Of a stretch of 64,000 nt of DNA, positions 52,901 to 64,000 are shown piece after piece. The notes beneath the pieces are model-generated. The model worked only from the letters and a program-made list of their open reading frames with translations, did no database searches and had not been told where the DNA came from. A program made the position numbers and the translations under genes. The DNA comes from Takakia lepidozioides (lineage: Eukaryota > Plantae > Bryophyta), in contig CM060731.1 of NCBI GenBank assembly GCA_030704615.1, positions 61,628,001-61,692,000 on the forward strand. Reading direction: 5' to 3'. Numbering within the stretch: the first letter of the stretch is position 1; each line of letters starts with the position of its first letter.

Positions 52901-53919
52901 ATTGCGCCAACAACCCTTCCCAAAAGGCTGCCGGCATGGGAGGCATCTGTTGGTCGGTCGGAGCTCTCAGGGATTCCTCAGGCTCCGACTCCTTAGATTC
53001 CTCCCGCTCTTGAGCGGCCTCGTTTTTGGAAACATGCATCGCTTCCTCAAACGGCCGCCCCGGTGACACGTCGCCCCCATCGGGCTCACCAGGATCATCA
53101 TCTTTTGGGCCGTTCCGCTTTCGCTTTGGCTTGCCTGACCCCATAATGAGGCCAATCCCAAGGACGATCGCGTACTGAACTCTAAGCTCTGATACCAAGT
53201 GTCGCGCACCTCACTTCGGTAAGCTCCCCCCTCAAGTCATAGTTACTCGCTTGATGCGCGCGCCTAACTCCCAACCTGGCCGCCGGGCCAACTTGGAGCT
53301 CCGGCTGCTCACCGGGGCATAACGGTCCCCCTTTGATCTCCCAAAGAACCCTCCAACGATTTGGAACCAGCGGAATTCCCTTTGGTAGTCGGCAGTCCGG
53401 AACAGCTTCCCACTCTTTGGTCGCTTTCCGGCTCGCTCGCTTACTCACTAGTTTTTGGTCACCAACGGGCTTGCACCGTTCTTGGGGTTACTACTCCCTA
53501 TATATACTTCTGTAGCTGTCCGCGGGGGTTTCACAAACAACCATGCCATTTTATGGCGAACCACCACGAACACCCTCGACTCCCGGTGATGAGTCGCGGT
53601 GAGTCTTGGCCCACCCCACCACGGCCCCTATGGACCGTGATGAGTCCCAAGACTCCCCACGACTCCCACCACGAGGTCTCCGCCCCAGGGTGAGTCCTAT
53701 GCCACCCCCACTAAGTCCCGCTAAGCTACCACCACCCCTTGTGGAGCCACCCCCACCGCAACCCGGTGTGCGGGGCTCCACTTAGTGAGCGCCTCCGCCT
53801 CCTTGAGTGCCTTGGGCAAGGGTGCTTCAGCCCCCCTACCTATCGCTGCCACTGCCCCCACCACAGGGGCAGCCTCTCTTGTGTCCCGACCCCCTCCCTC
53901 AAGGCAAAGGGCCGCGACA
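46980..53919 (-). mobile_element. Full-length Ty3/Gypsy chromovirus (Galadriel-like), copy 2
   Basis: LTRs at 46980-47704 (725 bp) and 53200-53919 (720 bp); TSD GGGGT at 46975-46979 and 53920-53924; PBS at 53186-53197; same domains as copy 1. Confidence 0.97.
48596..53144 (-). pseudogene. gag-pol polyprotein of Gypsy copy 2 (disrupted)
   Basis: Same motifs as copy 1; RT YIDD is changed to NIDD, there is a TGA at 50599, a 12-bp deletion in RNase H (HCLE lost) and several 1-nt frameshifts. Confidence 0.95.
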
Positions 53920-54389
53920 GGGGTTGTAAGCCAATTTGTGGCTAACCCTGGGCAACTCCATTGGGTTGCAGTAAAGTGGATTTTCCGTTATCTAAGATGC
54001 ACACTAGACTATGGTTTGTGCTTGAGAAAGAACAATGATAATGTTCAATTGGATCAAGTGGGTTCATATGGTATCTCAGATAGTGCTTGCAAAAGCACAG
54101 AGCTATACGGCTATTGTGATGCAGATTGGGCTGATAATGTTGATGACCGCCACTCTACATCTGGCTATGTTTTTATGCTAGCAAATGGAGCTGTAAGCTG
54201 GAGTAGCAAGAAACAATCTACAATTGCTATGTCCTTGACTGAGGTAGAATATTTGGCTGCATCTCAAGCTACAAGGCAAGCATTATGGTTATTATCATTT
54301 CTATATAGTATTGGTCGTCCACAGAGGGATACCATGGTCATATATGATGACAACCAGGGGTGTACTACTCTCTCAGCTTCCAATTGATA

Positions 54390-56545
54390 ATTGATTTGTC
54401 GAATTCAGGGGAAGTGGAAGAGGAGGGATCTATGTTGTTGCCATTGAGGGGGGAATTTCCCTTGGCCACTCACAGGAGTCTGTCCCTATGCATATGCAAA
54501 TGAGGCCGCCCCTTCCCCATGTGGCCCTGAAGGTGCCGAGGAGGACGTGCTGGCATTCGGGGGCCTTAGCATTGCCTGCACATACTTTCCCCCCATGCAA
54601 CTTTAGCCGCGATGGTAAGATCAAAGAATATTTTTGTAAGAGTAACAGTGATAGAAGAGTTGAGTTTATCCAAAGTCTAGGAGCATCTTGCTTTCCACAG
54701 TTGCCAGAGGGTGGCCCCTCTCAAGGCCTCAAAGATTGGCATTTGATTGCAGTTGACGTAGCAGATCTGTCATAGTTTAGGAGCAGAACCACCTTGTCAG
54801 ATGGGAAAGGTTCCCAGGCACTATATATGGTTGCAATGAAGGCCAGATTAGGAGGGGGGCCTGGCAGTGCTCAAGGGTTCCAATCAATCTTGTTTGACAA
54901 CATAAGCAGAGAAGGGCTTCTGGAAAGTTGAGAAAAACCCCCATTTTGAGCACCCTGTTTGCAATCTGCCAAAGGAAGGCACTTGTTTTGGCAGGCTTTG
55001 ATTTCTTCCATACTAGACTCCAAATACATCCCCAGTTCTCTTGATGGAAGCCTTTATGGGACCATTTACCATTCCATTTTGCTGGCAGGGATGTGGCATT
55101 AGCCAGGGCTCTGTATGCCTTCTTAACTGAGTATGAGAAGAAGGTGGAGTGTTTGTTTCCGAATTTCCATCTCCATTCTCCAGGGTCTAGTTGAAGATCC
55201 TGAACTGGTGAACCTCCAATCCATGCAAAAGAGGAAGAGAGAAGCCAAGGTAACAGGGCTGTGTTTTCTGGAACTGTGGGATTGAAGGCTTTAATAGTTG
55301 GCGAGGACCAATGGCACACCCTCATTGGCAAGGCATCCATATTGCTGCTGAGGGATTGGGTGATGTGAGAGAAAAGGGTGAGGAAACTAGAAAAGCTGTC
55401 AGCCTTGCATCCATAGCCAGAGAGAATTCCACGATGAGCCTCAGAAATGTACATGACTGCATAGGGCTTACCAACCGCTGCAATCCAAGAGTGTGGAGTT
55501 GGTGTGAGTCTTCCCTCCCTTAGTATAATCTTCTAGGGATCTGGGATGTTTTCAATGATGGTCTGAATCCCGGATGATAATCTATTTGCCCCCAGAGCAG
55601 CCCGAAGGGAATCTGTGAAGCTGGACCAAAGATGCATGATCTGAGAGTAGCCCCTTGTCTCCCAAACAGCTCCCACCTTACAGCCTGACTACGCTCCAGG
55701 GGGGTAGGAGCCGCTGAATTGAGGAAGAGGTGTTGTCTCAGTGTTTCATAGAAGGTGGTGGGCTCAGATTTAACTAGGAAGGGTCTGAGTTTGTTCCATG
55801 CCGTCCAAATAGAAATCCAAAGGGGCGATCCCACAGCCTTGTGCCTAAAGCCTTGTGTTATCCATCTCATAGAGGGCCTCTATTGTGCGCGCAGAAGGGG
55901 GGAGCTGATGGAAATGGACTGCCCAACCAACAATTTCCCCGAGCCACCTTCTGGCCCAATGAATCTTGGAAGCCATTTCCCTAAAAGGAACTGAATATGA
56001 GTACTCAGGTCTAGCACTCCAAGGCCCCCTTTTTTCTTAGGAAGGCAAATCTGGCTCCATGATATTTGGGCTCTCTCAGTCTGAGTAGATGATTGGGCAC
56101 ACCATATGAAGTTTGTAACACATCTCTTGACTTCATTAATGAAGTCAGAGTCTGGACCCCAGAGGGCTGCAAAATACCAGATGCCCGCTTGAAGAATTTG
56201 ATTTGCCGTTAAGGCCCTATTTGTGATAGATAGGAAGCGGGAACCCAGTATGCGAGTTGCCTCCTAAGAGTTGCCAAAATAGGCCCCATCCTTTGTTCTT
56301 CCGTGAGATTAATCCCGAAGGCATAGCCCAAGAGGGTTGTGGACTCACCTGGTTGTAACCAGACTAGCCCAATTTCATTTCCCCAAGTGGGGGAAGACCC
56401 TATGGAAGAACTGGAAGTATCTCCCACCAAGAGAGCCTTTGTTTTGGTCCAGTTGACCCTGAAGCCCGAAACCTTACAGAATTGCCCTAGCGTCTCTTCA
56501 GCTGCTTCGAGAGTGGAGGGGGTGGCATCAAGCAAAATGACAATG
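54390..56545 (-). mobile_element. L1-clade LINE fragment (RT C-terminus, zf-RVT, C-terminal tail), disrupted
   Basis: FCKVSGFRVNWTKTKAL; ISWSQICLPKKKGGLGVLDL in a broken frame (~56010-56070); YSVKKAY; WKKSKPAKTSAFLWQIANRVL; LWQLWKARC. Confidence 0.88.
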
Positions 56546-56630
56546 TAATAATAATAATAGTCATAGTGTAATAATAATAATCCAAATTACTATTATTACA
56601 ACATTCATAATCAATAATAATAATAATCCA
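56546..56630. repeat. Degenerate (AAT)n tract between the two LINE fragments
   Basis: Read directly from the sequence. Confidence 0.85.
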
Positions 56631-56689
56631 AGTCCAACTCTGCTTGTTGTATAATAAAAAAATCCTCACACAAAATGGAGACCTCACCT

Positions 56690-57700
56690 CGAGATTGGCA
56701 TTCGTTGTGGGGCAATCAGGGATGCTTCAATTCAAAGGACAACAGGATGCCTGTACTCACACCTGGACTCCAATCAAAGTCATCGATTGCAATGGGAATT
56801 GCAACCCCCAGCCCCCAGATGGCAACATCGACCACTGGGTCAGCAATATTCCTTTCTCTGGTTCCTCAAGCACCCTCTCCAGGGTCTGCAGTTCGACCCG
56901 GGAGAATGGGACATGGAAGGACAGGGGCAAGTCACCGTTCTTCGCCTACTCTGTTAAGAAAGGTTACTCCTTACTTGCCCCTCAATGCTCCTTCCTCTCC
57001 AAGTGGAAGAAGAAATGGAGGCATGCCCTGGAGGACTCTACTGACTGGACCAGCATTTGGAAGGGTATCTGGAAAAAAAACAGAGCAGCCAAGGTCTCGG
57101 CATTTCTCTGGAAGGTGGCCCATAGAATTCTACCTGTGCATGCGAATGCTATGGAAGGCCCGCAGCACTGTCCTTTGTGTGCTCAGAGCTTGGAATCTAT
57201 TGAGCATTGCTTAGTGCAATGTCCCCTAATTCAGACCATTTAGGAGATTGGTCGTTCGCTTCTACTCAAATTGGGGGAATCTGCCCTACTCACCAGCTCC
57301 CTCTCTGTTTTTATTAAACCGTCAACCTGGCCAGCCAGCACTAGCTTGCCCAATCTGGGCTTGCATTAGGGCCCATACCCTCTGAAACATTTGGAAAAGC
57401 AGGTGTAAATGTGTATTCCAGGGGAGACCACCCAGCATCAGAGCAACCCTTTTTAACATCTACTTTGACCTGATGACTGAGGGGATGAAGGCTTGGGATG
57501 ACATCAGGACCAGCTCCTCCAAGACTTTGATCTCACCCGGGGCAAGAGTGGCCTGCTCTGCACCCGCGTTTCCGACAGCATTCGATGGAAAGACTCCGTC
57601 CCCGACCAATGGCAAGACCCCCTGCTGAAGGAGACCGCAACTGGCGTCACTTACACGCGAAGGATCCAATGTTCAAAGCCAAGCTCCAATTCTAGCTAGG
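56690..57700 (+). mobile_element. Second L1-clade LINE 3' fragment (zf-RVT), opposite orientation
   Basis: YSVKKGY, IWKKNRAAKVSAFLWKVAHRILP, CPLCAQSLESIEHCLVQCP, IWKSRC. Confidence 0.9.
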
Positions 57701-57798
57701 AGTTGGTTGCAATATTGGTCTACATCTTCTACCTTAGTTCGCTGTGGACTTTCTAGACTGTCCTCCTTGACTAAGTTAGAACTATCCTTTCAGCTTTG

Positions 57799-58700
57799 CA
57801 GGGCTCTGTTAGCGAGAATAACGAGGTGGCAGGGTTAGAAAAGTGACTATGTACTAGGTGGCACATTTTAACAGGTCACACGTAGGCAAGCTCCTGATAC
57901 TCAAATACTGGCACTTTCTGGTGAATTTTTCGATTTCTTACCCCAACTGTCCAGGTCGAATCTGGCCAAAAAACCCACACCGCTGCCGACCCGCCACTCG
58001 TCTTGTTTTTGCAGGTGCCATCTGCCACCAGACCTTTTCGTACTGTGGACTGCTCCGGGTACATGACATTATGCCCCTTATTAGTGACGCACTATGAGCC
58101 AGATTGCGCGTTCTCTAGTACATAAATATCTAAAGGAGATTTCGTCCTGCCTGAAGCGGAAAAAACGGGCAGGCGATTACGCCAGTCAGTGTTTATTTTT
58201 GAAAGGCACCTTAGACTTGCATTTGCAAGTTTCCTAAGAAATCTGCCCTTCATGTTGAAGGGCTGTAATTTCGACAGCCCTTCATTTTTTTTTGGCTGCC
58301 ATTCGGCGAGCATGCATGTAACATAAAAAATAATGTTGCTATACAATACACTTGAAATGCAACCCTTTTCACATTCCAGAAGTCTACATACGATAAAAGT
58401 TATGAGAGAAATTCAATTCGAATCTATTTCCAATGGAACAGCTCTAAGGTTCTTCGTGCCATTCCAAATCTAAAAGATGCAGTCCAATCCATAGCCTCCA
58501 CTTCGAGCCCACATAAAGAAACTCGCATCAATGCATCCAAAGTCCTCAACTTCAATCTGTTTCTGCGGTCACTCTTCACCCAATTTTGGTTTGAGAACTC
58601 CCGCTCGCAAATAGCTGTGCTGGTAGGAATAACCAACACCCGGTGCCAAGGCGTTGAGACTGGGACATGTTTCATGTAGCAGAAATGAACAAAGTTCAAC
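57799..58700 (-). mobile_element. hAT transposon 3' remnant with the transposase C-terminal dimerisation domain (58424-58660)
   Basis: VLVIPTSTAICEREFSNQNWVKSDRRNRL..TLDALMRVSL is the hAT dimerisation motif; CAGGGCTC at 57799 fits a hAT terminus; the other end was not found. Confidence 0.8.
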
Positions 58701-58878
58701 CAACCAATCTTTTGTATATAAAATTGTCACAGGGTTCACCTAGTTTCGTTTGGCAACACGGTCTTCTGCGTCCACTGTCCACTATCTGTCCTTGTTCTTA
58801 AGAACTTAAAGAGTACACCATAGCCATCACTTTACATATTAAATTGACGGCTCCGGGCAACACCATTCTGCTTGCTAT

Positions 58879-59263
58879 GAGCATCCCCACCCTTGAGCCC
58901 GAAAGACTCCCTGTTACGCCAAAGTTACGTGATCGATTTAGGGCATGTTGGGTTCTGTGGCGAGGTAGCCCCTACTCACGCACATCCTTGCCCCTGAATT
59001 GCCCAAGCTATCCCCGCGCACCTAGCCTCCCATTGGCAGGAAGGGGCGTGGTCTCTGCCAAGATGCTGACACGCACGACATGGATTCAGGGTGTATTCGG
59101 GGCCTGAATACGGGGCTCGGGTTGGGGGAACGGAACGATATTCAGTGCCCGATTTTTGTGAGATATAGGGTTCAGTGTTCAGTGCAAGGGTGTGTTCGTT
59201 TTCCGCCCGTATACCCTGAAAGTTCCGTTGGCGTGCTGGGTTCAGTGTAGGGTGGGGATGCTC
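58879..59263. mobile_element. Tourist (PIF/Harbinger)-like MITE, 385 bp
   Basis: Perfect 15-bp TIRs GAGCATCCCCACCCT / AGGGTGGGGATGCTC, flanked by TAT and TAA (a near-TAA TSD). Confidence 0.85.
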
Positions 59264-59932
59264 TAAGCTGCTCGCCCAGAATTGAAGGACGGGCAGCAAA
59301 CCCAGCAGAATACTGCTGCCACGTGCCTTCCTTATAGTACTGTAAGGATCCCACGATGCGCCCTAAACTGCTCTACCGTCGTCTGCATAGGCCATGACCA
59401 TCCAAGCGCCACGTGGACCCATGTCCATTTACAGCGCCACATGCAGCCAAGATGTTCGGCGCAGATCGAGGAGGGAAGCCCGACGGCTGCCTCATTGGAT
59501 CCCAAGTTCCAAACCGATTGTTTCAACGGGACGCTAGTCTTGGATCCTACTTTAATAATAAAGGCAGGTGAGGAGGTGGGGTAGGAGTGACACGTGAAAG
59601 CCCAGGTCGGAGCTTAAGTGTGTTGCCACCATGGGTGAAGAAGGTACAGCTGCCTCTGTATACATAAAGGTGGCGACATTTTATGACTCTTCTCGGGGAA
59701 TGTGTGTTTACAGCTTTCAAAGAATCTACCTTGCGCTGACGATTAGTTTCATCGTCTCGCTGCTTACACCTCACTGCACCCTACACCGCTGGGTCGATTT
59801 CGAGCGCTGGTCTGCATTGCGAGTTTTCGTATGTCTTTCAGCTTGCGAACGGTGACCGGGACTGAGCATTGTCACATAACGCGTACTTCAACTAGAGCAT
59901 AGCCTATCTGTTTGACGCTTTGCTTTGGTCCA

Positions 59933-62783
59933 ATGGCTCTACATTCTTCTCCCCATGTTCTCATGCTGCCGTGTCCGCCCGCTGGACACCATATTCCAGC
60001 CCTACAGACTGCTAAGCGGTTGATTGGGATGGGAGTTACCGTTACCTACGTGAGTATAGACCAGCATATTGCAGAAGTACAGGAAAGCACTTTTGGGCAG
60101 GAACTCAGCTCCCTGGGCATGCGGTTAGTGAAGCTTGGGGACGGGATGTCGATATCCAGCCTCGGTTTCCTGACGGCCTATGTGCACCGGGAAATGGAGG
60201 AAAGATTGTCTCGACTGTTGGAGGCAGTAATAGTAGATCAGTGGACATCTGCCCACAGTGATGCTCCTTGCTGCATTCTTGGGGACTTCTTTCCATTCTG
60301 GGCTCAGGACGTGGCCTACAAGTTCGGCATTCCAAGGCATGTCCTATTCACCTCTGGAGCGCTGACTCTAGCCGTCATGTTCCAAGTAATTTTCCAACCA
60401 ATCCAAGGAAATCGAGAACAGCAGTCAAGTTTCAACATTCTGATTCACCTTGATAGACCGTTCTTCGTGATGTACTGGTTTTGTTTGGTACAACTCGCAA
60501 GGACGAAATCCACACTTGTCGCAACGCAGAGCTAGTTTTGCACTAGTTACCATATTGGCGTTTGCGTAGTGGTCCATGTGCAACAGCTGCTGTTAGACTC
60601 ACACCTGTGCCTATTTATTCCTTGCTTGGCAGCTGGACAGGCTTGTTGCAGAGGGATATCTACCTGTGACCTCTGTGAACGAGTCAAAGCTCATAACATT
60701 CATCTCAGGATTCCCAGTGTTGAAACCGTTAGACCTCCCACCCGATGTCACAAGTCCCAATCAGTACAAGGATGCTATTCGGATGCATAGGCGCGTAAAG
60801 GAGGCATCCATGATCCTGGTCAACACAGCTGATGAGCTGGAAGGGAAAGTTTTGGATGCCCTGAGGACCGAGGTCATTGGCACAGAGGAAGTGGAGGTAT
60901 GTGTTTTGTTCTTTAACTTCCTGCATGTTCCATGATTAGGTTATGCACTGTGAAGACACTTTATTTGCTGTAACATCCTTTCAGCACTCTTTGCAGCCAG
61001 AACTACTCTGGATGACCTCTGGGATCCAGCCTATGGAGTCTACGGCCACCATTCCATGCACTTAACTTGCGACCAAGATACTTCTTGCAGACACAGGCCA
61101 TCTTGGCGATTGGCCCATCGCAAGCAGCGTCTGATGCCGAGTCACCCGATCATATCATACAAAAAGTAGCAGAAGAGCGAGATCCATGCGTGCTATTTCT
61201 GAACACACAAGCTCCTTCATCGGTTATTTTCATTTGTTTTGGAAGCTGGGCCACCCTCTCAGCACCGCAAATCCTGGAGGTGGCACTTGGACTGGAAGCA
61301 AGCATGCAACCTTTCTTGTGGATATTACGGATGCCAAACGCTGCTGCTGCATCTCCTACATTGACACCACCGTCCATCACCGACCTCCTGCCTTCAGGTG
61401 TTTTCTGCAAGAAACATTGGTGGAAGATTGCTTTGCAAAGTGAAATTTCGGTTAGAGTCTGCCGGTGCAACTCAAACTTGCAACAGCTAATCCATCAGTT
61501 CCGGCAACTCAGTTTTTCCTTGTACAGGGATATACTGTGTCTGCTGTACATTTATCACCTAGATTTGTGAGAAGAACAGACTTCATACTTTGAAATGCTG
61601 TAGAATCGTAAGCTAGAAGTCGTACAAGTACTGATGGATTGCAATCCTGAACAAATGTCTGTAGGGCAAAGTGATGGATGGATTTTCCCAGTACGACAAC
61701 GCTTTAATAGACTTCCTACCTCATCTGACGAGAGGGGAGGCAAGGTCCAAGATTAGAAACTCCTCACATAGGAAAAGGATAAGCAAACCTTGATGAGTGA
61801 CCTTGATGAGTGTCGACTGCAAGTAGTTAACAGTCATTTAAGTTCAATTGTCCTTTCGGCATCCATGAGTAGTACTGGCTGGAGTGAAACTCATGTTCAT
61901 GTGTCACCTTTGTGAGCAGGTTTTGAGGAGCGCACAAAAGGACGTGGGTTGTGTTTCTCTGGATGGGCTCCTCAGTTGCGCATTCTGTCCCATGCAGCCA
62001 CTGGTGCTTTCTTGACCCATTGTGGATGGAACTCTATCCAGGAGGGTCTTAGGGCTGGCATCCCCTTCCTTACTTGGCCAGTGCAGGCAGACCAAATGCT
62101 AAACGCCAGGTAAGGATCCTATTGAGAACCCTTTACAGTTTTATTTAATGAGCTTTTGACAAGTCTTTTGAAGGTAGACTTAGCAGGCCACTGTGATGGT
62201 TGTCCACCCAGGACGAGCAGGAAGAAAATGGATATAAGTGTGGGTGTTGGAAAGCTGGCAGAGTCACAAGGTACACAGATAGAAGCAATTTCAGCAGGTG
62301 TTCCGGGTACGGGCCTGTAGTAATCTGCCTAGTTGGAAGTCATCCCTGTTGCAGCATTAGTCTAGCTAATAGCTCTTCCCAACCCACGCAAGTGGAAGGG
62401 GGGAGGGTATTGGCGAGTCTGCATTGTTAGTCGTTGTATTGTGCATTGCTTTTGTGATTGGACACTATTAAGTGGTCAGAGGTGAAAGCTTGGTCAAGAG
62501 TCTCCTAGTTACACACCCACCATGCCTGTGTTGCAGAGTACTACAGGATCTGAAGGTGGCTGTAGAGATGCGAAAGAGACCAGATGGACTGGTGGATAAG
62601 ATGGAGGTTGAGAGGAATGTGAGGCTTTTGATGCAGGAGGAAGAAGGTAAGGCTGTGCGACAGAGGATGATGGAACTGAAGATCTCTGTAGGAAACGCTT
62701 TGGCAGATGGGGGGTCCTCACTGAGGAATCTGGAAGTATATGTTCAACATCTTAGGACACTGAAGCCGCTACAAATTCACTAA
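59933..62783 (+). CDS. Family-1 UDP-glycosyltransferase; exons 59933-60385, 60633-60896, 61091-61397, 61920-62109, 62537-62783
   Basis: [16 protein letters not shown] (catalytic His); CCILGDFF (Asp); SVIFICFGS; PSPG box [44 protein letters not shown]; terminal GGSSLRNL; GT-AG introns in consistent phase. Confidence 0.93.
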
Positions 62784-63456
62784 AGCTTTGATCGCAAGCA
62801 TTCTGGAGAAAATGCTGTTGGATGCAGAGCATACTTTTCAGACATTTTGTTCACACCTCTCCAGAAAAGAAAGCACCATGTTCCCCGGCACTGATTTGGT
62901 AGAATGCTTTGCTGTCTGAACTTTGTACCCTTTGACGGTATCCAAGTGAAGAAATGAGGAATAAAATCTGTTTCCATCAAGATGAAAGATGGATTTTTAA
63001 TCTTAAGTCTGCCAATTTTACCTTGTGTTGGGCATGCAAGTAGTCAAGGCCTACACCATGGATTTTGCCATTGCTACAAATGTAGAGCATACTAGCACTC
63101 TTCAGGCTTCATATTTCAGGAGTAGCAGGGAAATGACAATGTTCATCAACTGCTCCAAATCCAGTGTAGTAACTTGACAATTGTACAATTGAAGTTGATG
63201 TACGTCAATTTCAGATACAAAACCTCCCTTCATGTGCACCCACACCTTTATCTTGTGAGACAACATAAGTACAGTTGTCACGCATCAGAATAATTCACAC
63301 TCCCTAATTGGTTCAAACAATGAAATTCATGAAAGTTCGAACAGATGGGAGTAAGCAAGAACTAGGCCAAAAGGTTAACTACAACTGTGTATCAATTCAA
63401 TCTGTAAAGGTAGGATAAGTGCAGTACAAAAATGAACAGATGTGGATAAATATCCA

Positions 63457-64000
63457 TCACCGTTGAATAAAACCTTCACTATACTCCTCATTTTCCCCAC
63501 TTAAGTCAATGTCTCGTATCAATGACCCCTGCGAAGATGGTCGTCTAGTAGTAAGCTTGGTTGTTTCAAGGGCATCCTCCCCTGTACTACTTCGTCGACT
63601 GTCTTGCTCAGTATTTCGTCGGTTGTCTTGCCCACTCAGCCATCGGCTGTCGTGCTGACTGCGCTCCTGGACTTGTGCACTAGGCATGCGGGGGTTGAAC
63701 TCAACGCTGTCTTTCCGCTGCCCACGAGGTTGAGGGGGCAACCCCATGTCAATGGTCCGATAGTGAGCTCCAGGCACATCAAGTGGTGACATGTCATAAG
63801 GTTGTGCAGACTGTGCATCAAAGAGCAGCGGACCACCCATGACATCACCAGAACCCCCAACTTTCAGCCCCTTCTTCCCTAGCTCAGCTGTGGGGCTTGA
63901 ACCCTCAGATGATGAAACACCTGGAGAGTTGGCCGAATCGTCCAGCTTGTTGGAGAAATATGGATTCTTTGCCTTCCGCAGTGTCTCCATCTCTTGCCCA
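63457..64000 (-). CDS. C-terminal coding exon of an unidentified gene running off the window (Ser/Arg/Asp-rich, probably disordered)
   Basis: Open frame of more than 177 aa reaching the window edge, stop at 63457, followed by AT-richer 3' UTR-like sequence convergent with the UGT. Confidence 0.6.
   Translation of the reverse strand, partial: GQEMETLRKAKNPYFSNKLDDSANSPGVSSSEGSSPTAELGKKGLKVGGSGDVMGGPLLFDAQSAQPYDMSPLDVPGAHYRTIDMGLPPQPRGQRKDSVEFNPRMPSAQVQERSQHDSRWLSGQDNRRNTEQDSRRSSTGEDALETTKLTTRRPSSQGSLIRDIDLSGENEEYSEGFIQR

Larger units (their letters stand above)
36830..54385 (+). mobile_element. Second Ty1/Copia element, LTR-less and split into three pieces (36830-38388, 45367-46979, 53920-54385) by two Gypsy insertions
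   Basis: gag LYSLKMEEG; protease WFIDSGASQH; integrase FIDDFSRK/RCDGGGEY; RT YKARLVAKGF and YVDDL; RNase H GYCDADWA. The reading frame is restored across the insertions (FWAEAV|ATAAY and AQAVG|VVSQF). Confidence 0.95.

Noticed and set aside
54777-57243. Twin-primed (5'-inverted) single LINE insertion
   Set aside because: The two arms overlap in homologous coverage and are too diverged to derive from one RNA.
59546-59895. Helitron-like ends (TCCTACTTTAATAATAAA ... CTAG)
   Set aside because: No convincing subterminal hairpin, and the base after CTAG is A rather than T.

Overview
Eukaryotic land-plant genomic DNA with GT-AG introns, most consistent with a non-seed plant; the lineage is inferred, not proven. 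Host genes: (1) a two-exon NTF2/SnoaL-like gene resembling a fungal family (11014-11928, -) with a decayed tandem paralogue (8065-8369); (2) DIS3L2/SOV exoribonuclease (18521-25805, +, 7 exons); (3) a ~1320-aa, 10-exon protein with a Pro-rich tract, a VWA (MIDAS) domain and a long Ala/Glu helical-repeat region (28208-35179, -); (4) a family-1 UDP-glycosyltransferase (59933-62783, +, 5 exons); (5) the 3' end of an unknown gene at the right edge. Mobile DNA: a 5'-truncated Copia element (3.7-7.6 kb), and a 22-kb nest (36.8-59.3 kb). In the nest a second Copia carries two independent, full-length chromodomain Ty3/Gypsy insertions with 5-bp TSDs, followed by two LINE fragments, a hAT remnant and a Tourist-like MITE. 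Best novelty candidates: the Pro-rich/VWA/helix protein, whose layout mirrors the alpha-helix/polyproline-II stalk of streptococcal antigen I/II adhesins, and the fungal-like NTF2 gene pair (possible horizontal transfer). All coordinates and identities were read by eye.
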